Position numbers and translations under genes: made by a program. From Minisyncoccota bacterium (GTDB taxonomy: Bacteria; Patescibacteriota; Minisyncoccia; Phycocordibacterales; UBA9973): a DNA stretch of 24,000 nt. The DNA lies in the NCBI GenBank assembly GCA_036171755.1, contig JAVHRS010000035.1, forward strand, positions 2,882-26,881, given 5' to 3'. Positions 22,592 to 24,000 of the stretch are shown piece by piece (position 1 is the first letter of the stretch; every line of letters begins with the position of its first letter). The notes beneath the pieces are model-generated. The model was not told where the DNA came from. It was given only the letters and a program-made list of their open reading frames with translations, and searched no databases.

Positions 22592-22846
22592 TTATTTTGT
22601 GATTCGAGATAACTGAGACTTCTTACGAGATGCTGTATTTTTCTTTATAACTCCTCTCTTTGCTGCTTTATCGATAACACTATAAGCTTCTGGAAGTAAT
22701 TTCTTGGCTTCTACTTTGTTCTTTTCTTTTACTAATTTCTCAATTTTCTTAACTGATTCTTTGATATTCTTCTTGTTGCGATCATTCATCGCTTTCTTGA
22801 CAAGAGATCCCTTTAAAGCCTTTTTTGCTGATTTTGTAATTGGCAT
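22592..22846 (-). CDS. rpsT: 30S ribosomal protein S20
   Basis: An 84-aa Lys-rich protein starting MPITKSAKKALK..., with the helical pattern typical of S20. Confidence 0.9.
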   Translation of the reverse strand: MPITKSAKKALKGSLVKKAMNDRNKKNIKESVKKIEKLVKEKNKVEAKKLLPEAYSVIDKAAKRGVIKKNTASRKKSQLSRITK

Positions 22847-22943
22847 TGTTTTGTTTAATTAAATTTTATTAATGATTATTGACTGAGACATTACAACAAT
22901 ACCAGAAATAGCCGAAAAGAGCAATATTTGCTATTATTTAAGT

Positions 22944-23522
22944 ATGATCGCTTATTTAGAAGGTGAAATTATACACCTTACAGAAAAATTCATAATTATA
23001 AATACTGGGAATGTAGGTTACAGAGTATCTGTAACTCCACAAACAATATCCTTATATACTTTGGGTAAAAAGACTTCCTTGTTTATATACACAGCTGTTC
23101 GAGAAAATTCTATAGATCTTTATGGTTTTAAAGATATAAACGAACTATCTTTCTTTGAACTTTTACTAGATGTCTCAGGAATTGGACCAAAGGGAGCCCT
23201 CGGTATAATCGCCCTCGCCCCTGTCGAGACTATCAAGAGAGCAGTAGCCACAGGAGATGTAGGATATTTGAATAAAGTTTCAGGTATTGGTAAGAAGACT
23301 GCTGAAAAAATTATTATAGAACTAAGAGATAAATTAAAAGATTATAAAAATGATACCGATACTCCAGGCACACTACGCGATGAAAGCGACATATTGGAAG
23401 CACTTAAATCTCTCGGCTATTCACAGAATGAAGCTCGTGATTCTCTTCATGAAGTTCCCTCTACTGTTATTGGCACAAACGCTCGTATCAAAGAAGCTCT
23501 TAAAATTTTAGGGAAAAGATAA
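22944..23522 (+). CDS. ruvA: Holliday junction branch migration complex subunit RuvA
   Basis: MIAYLEGEI..., the two helix-hairpin-helix motifs VSGIGPKGALGI and VSGIGKKTAEKIIIELRDK, and a C-terminal domain III. Confidence 0.9.
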   Translation: MIAYLEGEIIHLTEKFIIINTGNVGYRVSVTPQTISLYTLGKKTSLFIYTAVRENSIDLYGFKDINELSFFELLLDVSGIGPKGALGIIALAPVETIKRAVATGDVGYLNKVSGIGKKTAEKIIIELRDKLKDYKNDTDTPGTLRDESDILEALKSLGYSQNEARDSLHEVPSTVIGTNARIKEALKILGKR

Positions 23523-23524
23523 TA

Positions 23525-24000
23525 TGCCTGAATTACCAGAAGTTACAACAACAGTAAATGGTTTAAAAAAAGTCTTAAAAGGTCTTTCTTTTGGGGTTGT
23601 TTGGACAGACTTGGCAAAGAATAATCCTATAAAGCAGTTTGAGGGTACTATTAAAGATAAAGTTTTCTTTGAAAAGTTTAAAAGAGATATTAAAAATCAA
23701 AAAGTTATAAGTGTAGAAAGAAGAGCAAAGAACATTCTTATAAATCTCTCAAATGGAAAAACAATATTAATACATTTAAAAATGACAGGCCACATTATCG
23801 TGGGTAAATATATTTTTAATAAAAAGGTCGCATCCTCGGTGACCCACCGAAAAGGCGGGATATGGACTCCTGCACTAAGTGAGAGAAGAGAACTCCATGA
23901 TCCATACAATAGATTCATCCATGCCGTCTTCCCTCTTTCGAACGGCTTAGCTATGGCCTTCTGTGACTCACGCAAATTTGGAAAAATTACATTGATAGAC
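23525..24000 (+). CDS. mutM: Formamidopyrimidine-DNA glycosylase (Fpg/MutM), 5' part, runs off the window
   Basis: Not in the track because it is truncated. I translated from the ATG at 23525: MPELPEVTTTVNGLKK...ILIHLKMTGH...FCDSRKFGKITLID. The frame is open to the window end. The PELPEV N-terminus and D.R.FG motif are typical of Fpg. Confidence 0.85.

Noticed and set aside
1-24000. A CRISPR array or cas genes accompanying the Csx3-like gene
   Set aside because: I found no regularly spaced short direct repeats and no Cas-like ORFs anywhere in the window.

Overview
AT-rich bacterial window; gene content and style suggest an uncultivated small-genome lineage such as CPR/Patescibacteria, which is an inference. 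Positions 1-19540 look accessory and 19800-24000 look like housekeeping genes.

Accessory region:
(1) A complete diversity-generating retroelement (DGR) at 948-3929. It has a target gene with a C-terminal VR, a TR differing from VR only at TR adenines, an Avd gene and a DGR-type reverse transcriptase. The layout is unusual: avd is inverted, and TR sits between two terminator hairpins.
(2) Two copies of a ~195-nt structured RNA leader on the minus strand (619-827 and 6195-6403). The differences between the copies are compensatory base-pair changes. The copies precede a restriction-nuclease-like gene and a membrane nuclease operon. I could not assign the RNA to any known class.
(3) A consensus type III hammerhead ribozyme (minus strand, 10802-10854) just downstream of a radical SAM gene.
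(4) A minus-strand cluster: a cysteine-desulfurase-like PLP enzyme, a Cys-rich radical-SAM-like paralog lacking the N-terminal CxxxCxxC, an adenylate-kinase-like NMP kinase, and a canonical radical SAM enzyme. Two paralogous unknown proteins follow it.
(5) An orphan P-loop plus tandem Csx3-like (ring-nuclease-like) fusion protein with no CRISPR array in the window. Beside it are a RelA/SpoT-type HD hydrolase and a DUF1653 protein.
(6) A large serine recombinase, two alpha/beta hydrolases and an unknown protein.

Housekeeping region: tRNA-Ser(UGA), a HIT protein, malic enzyme, tRNA-Arg(GCG), rpsT, ruvA and the 5' part of mutM.

All family assignments come from reading motifs by eye. No searches were run.
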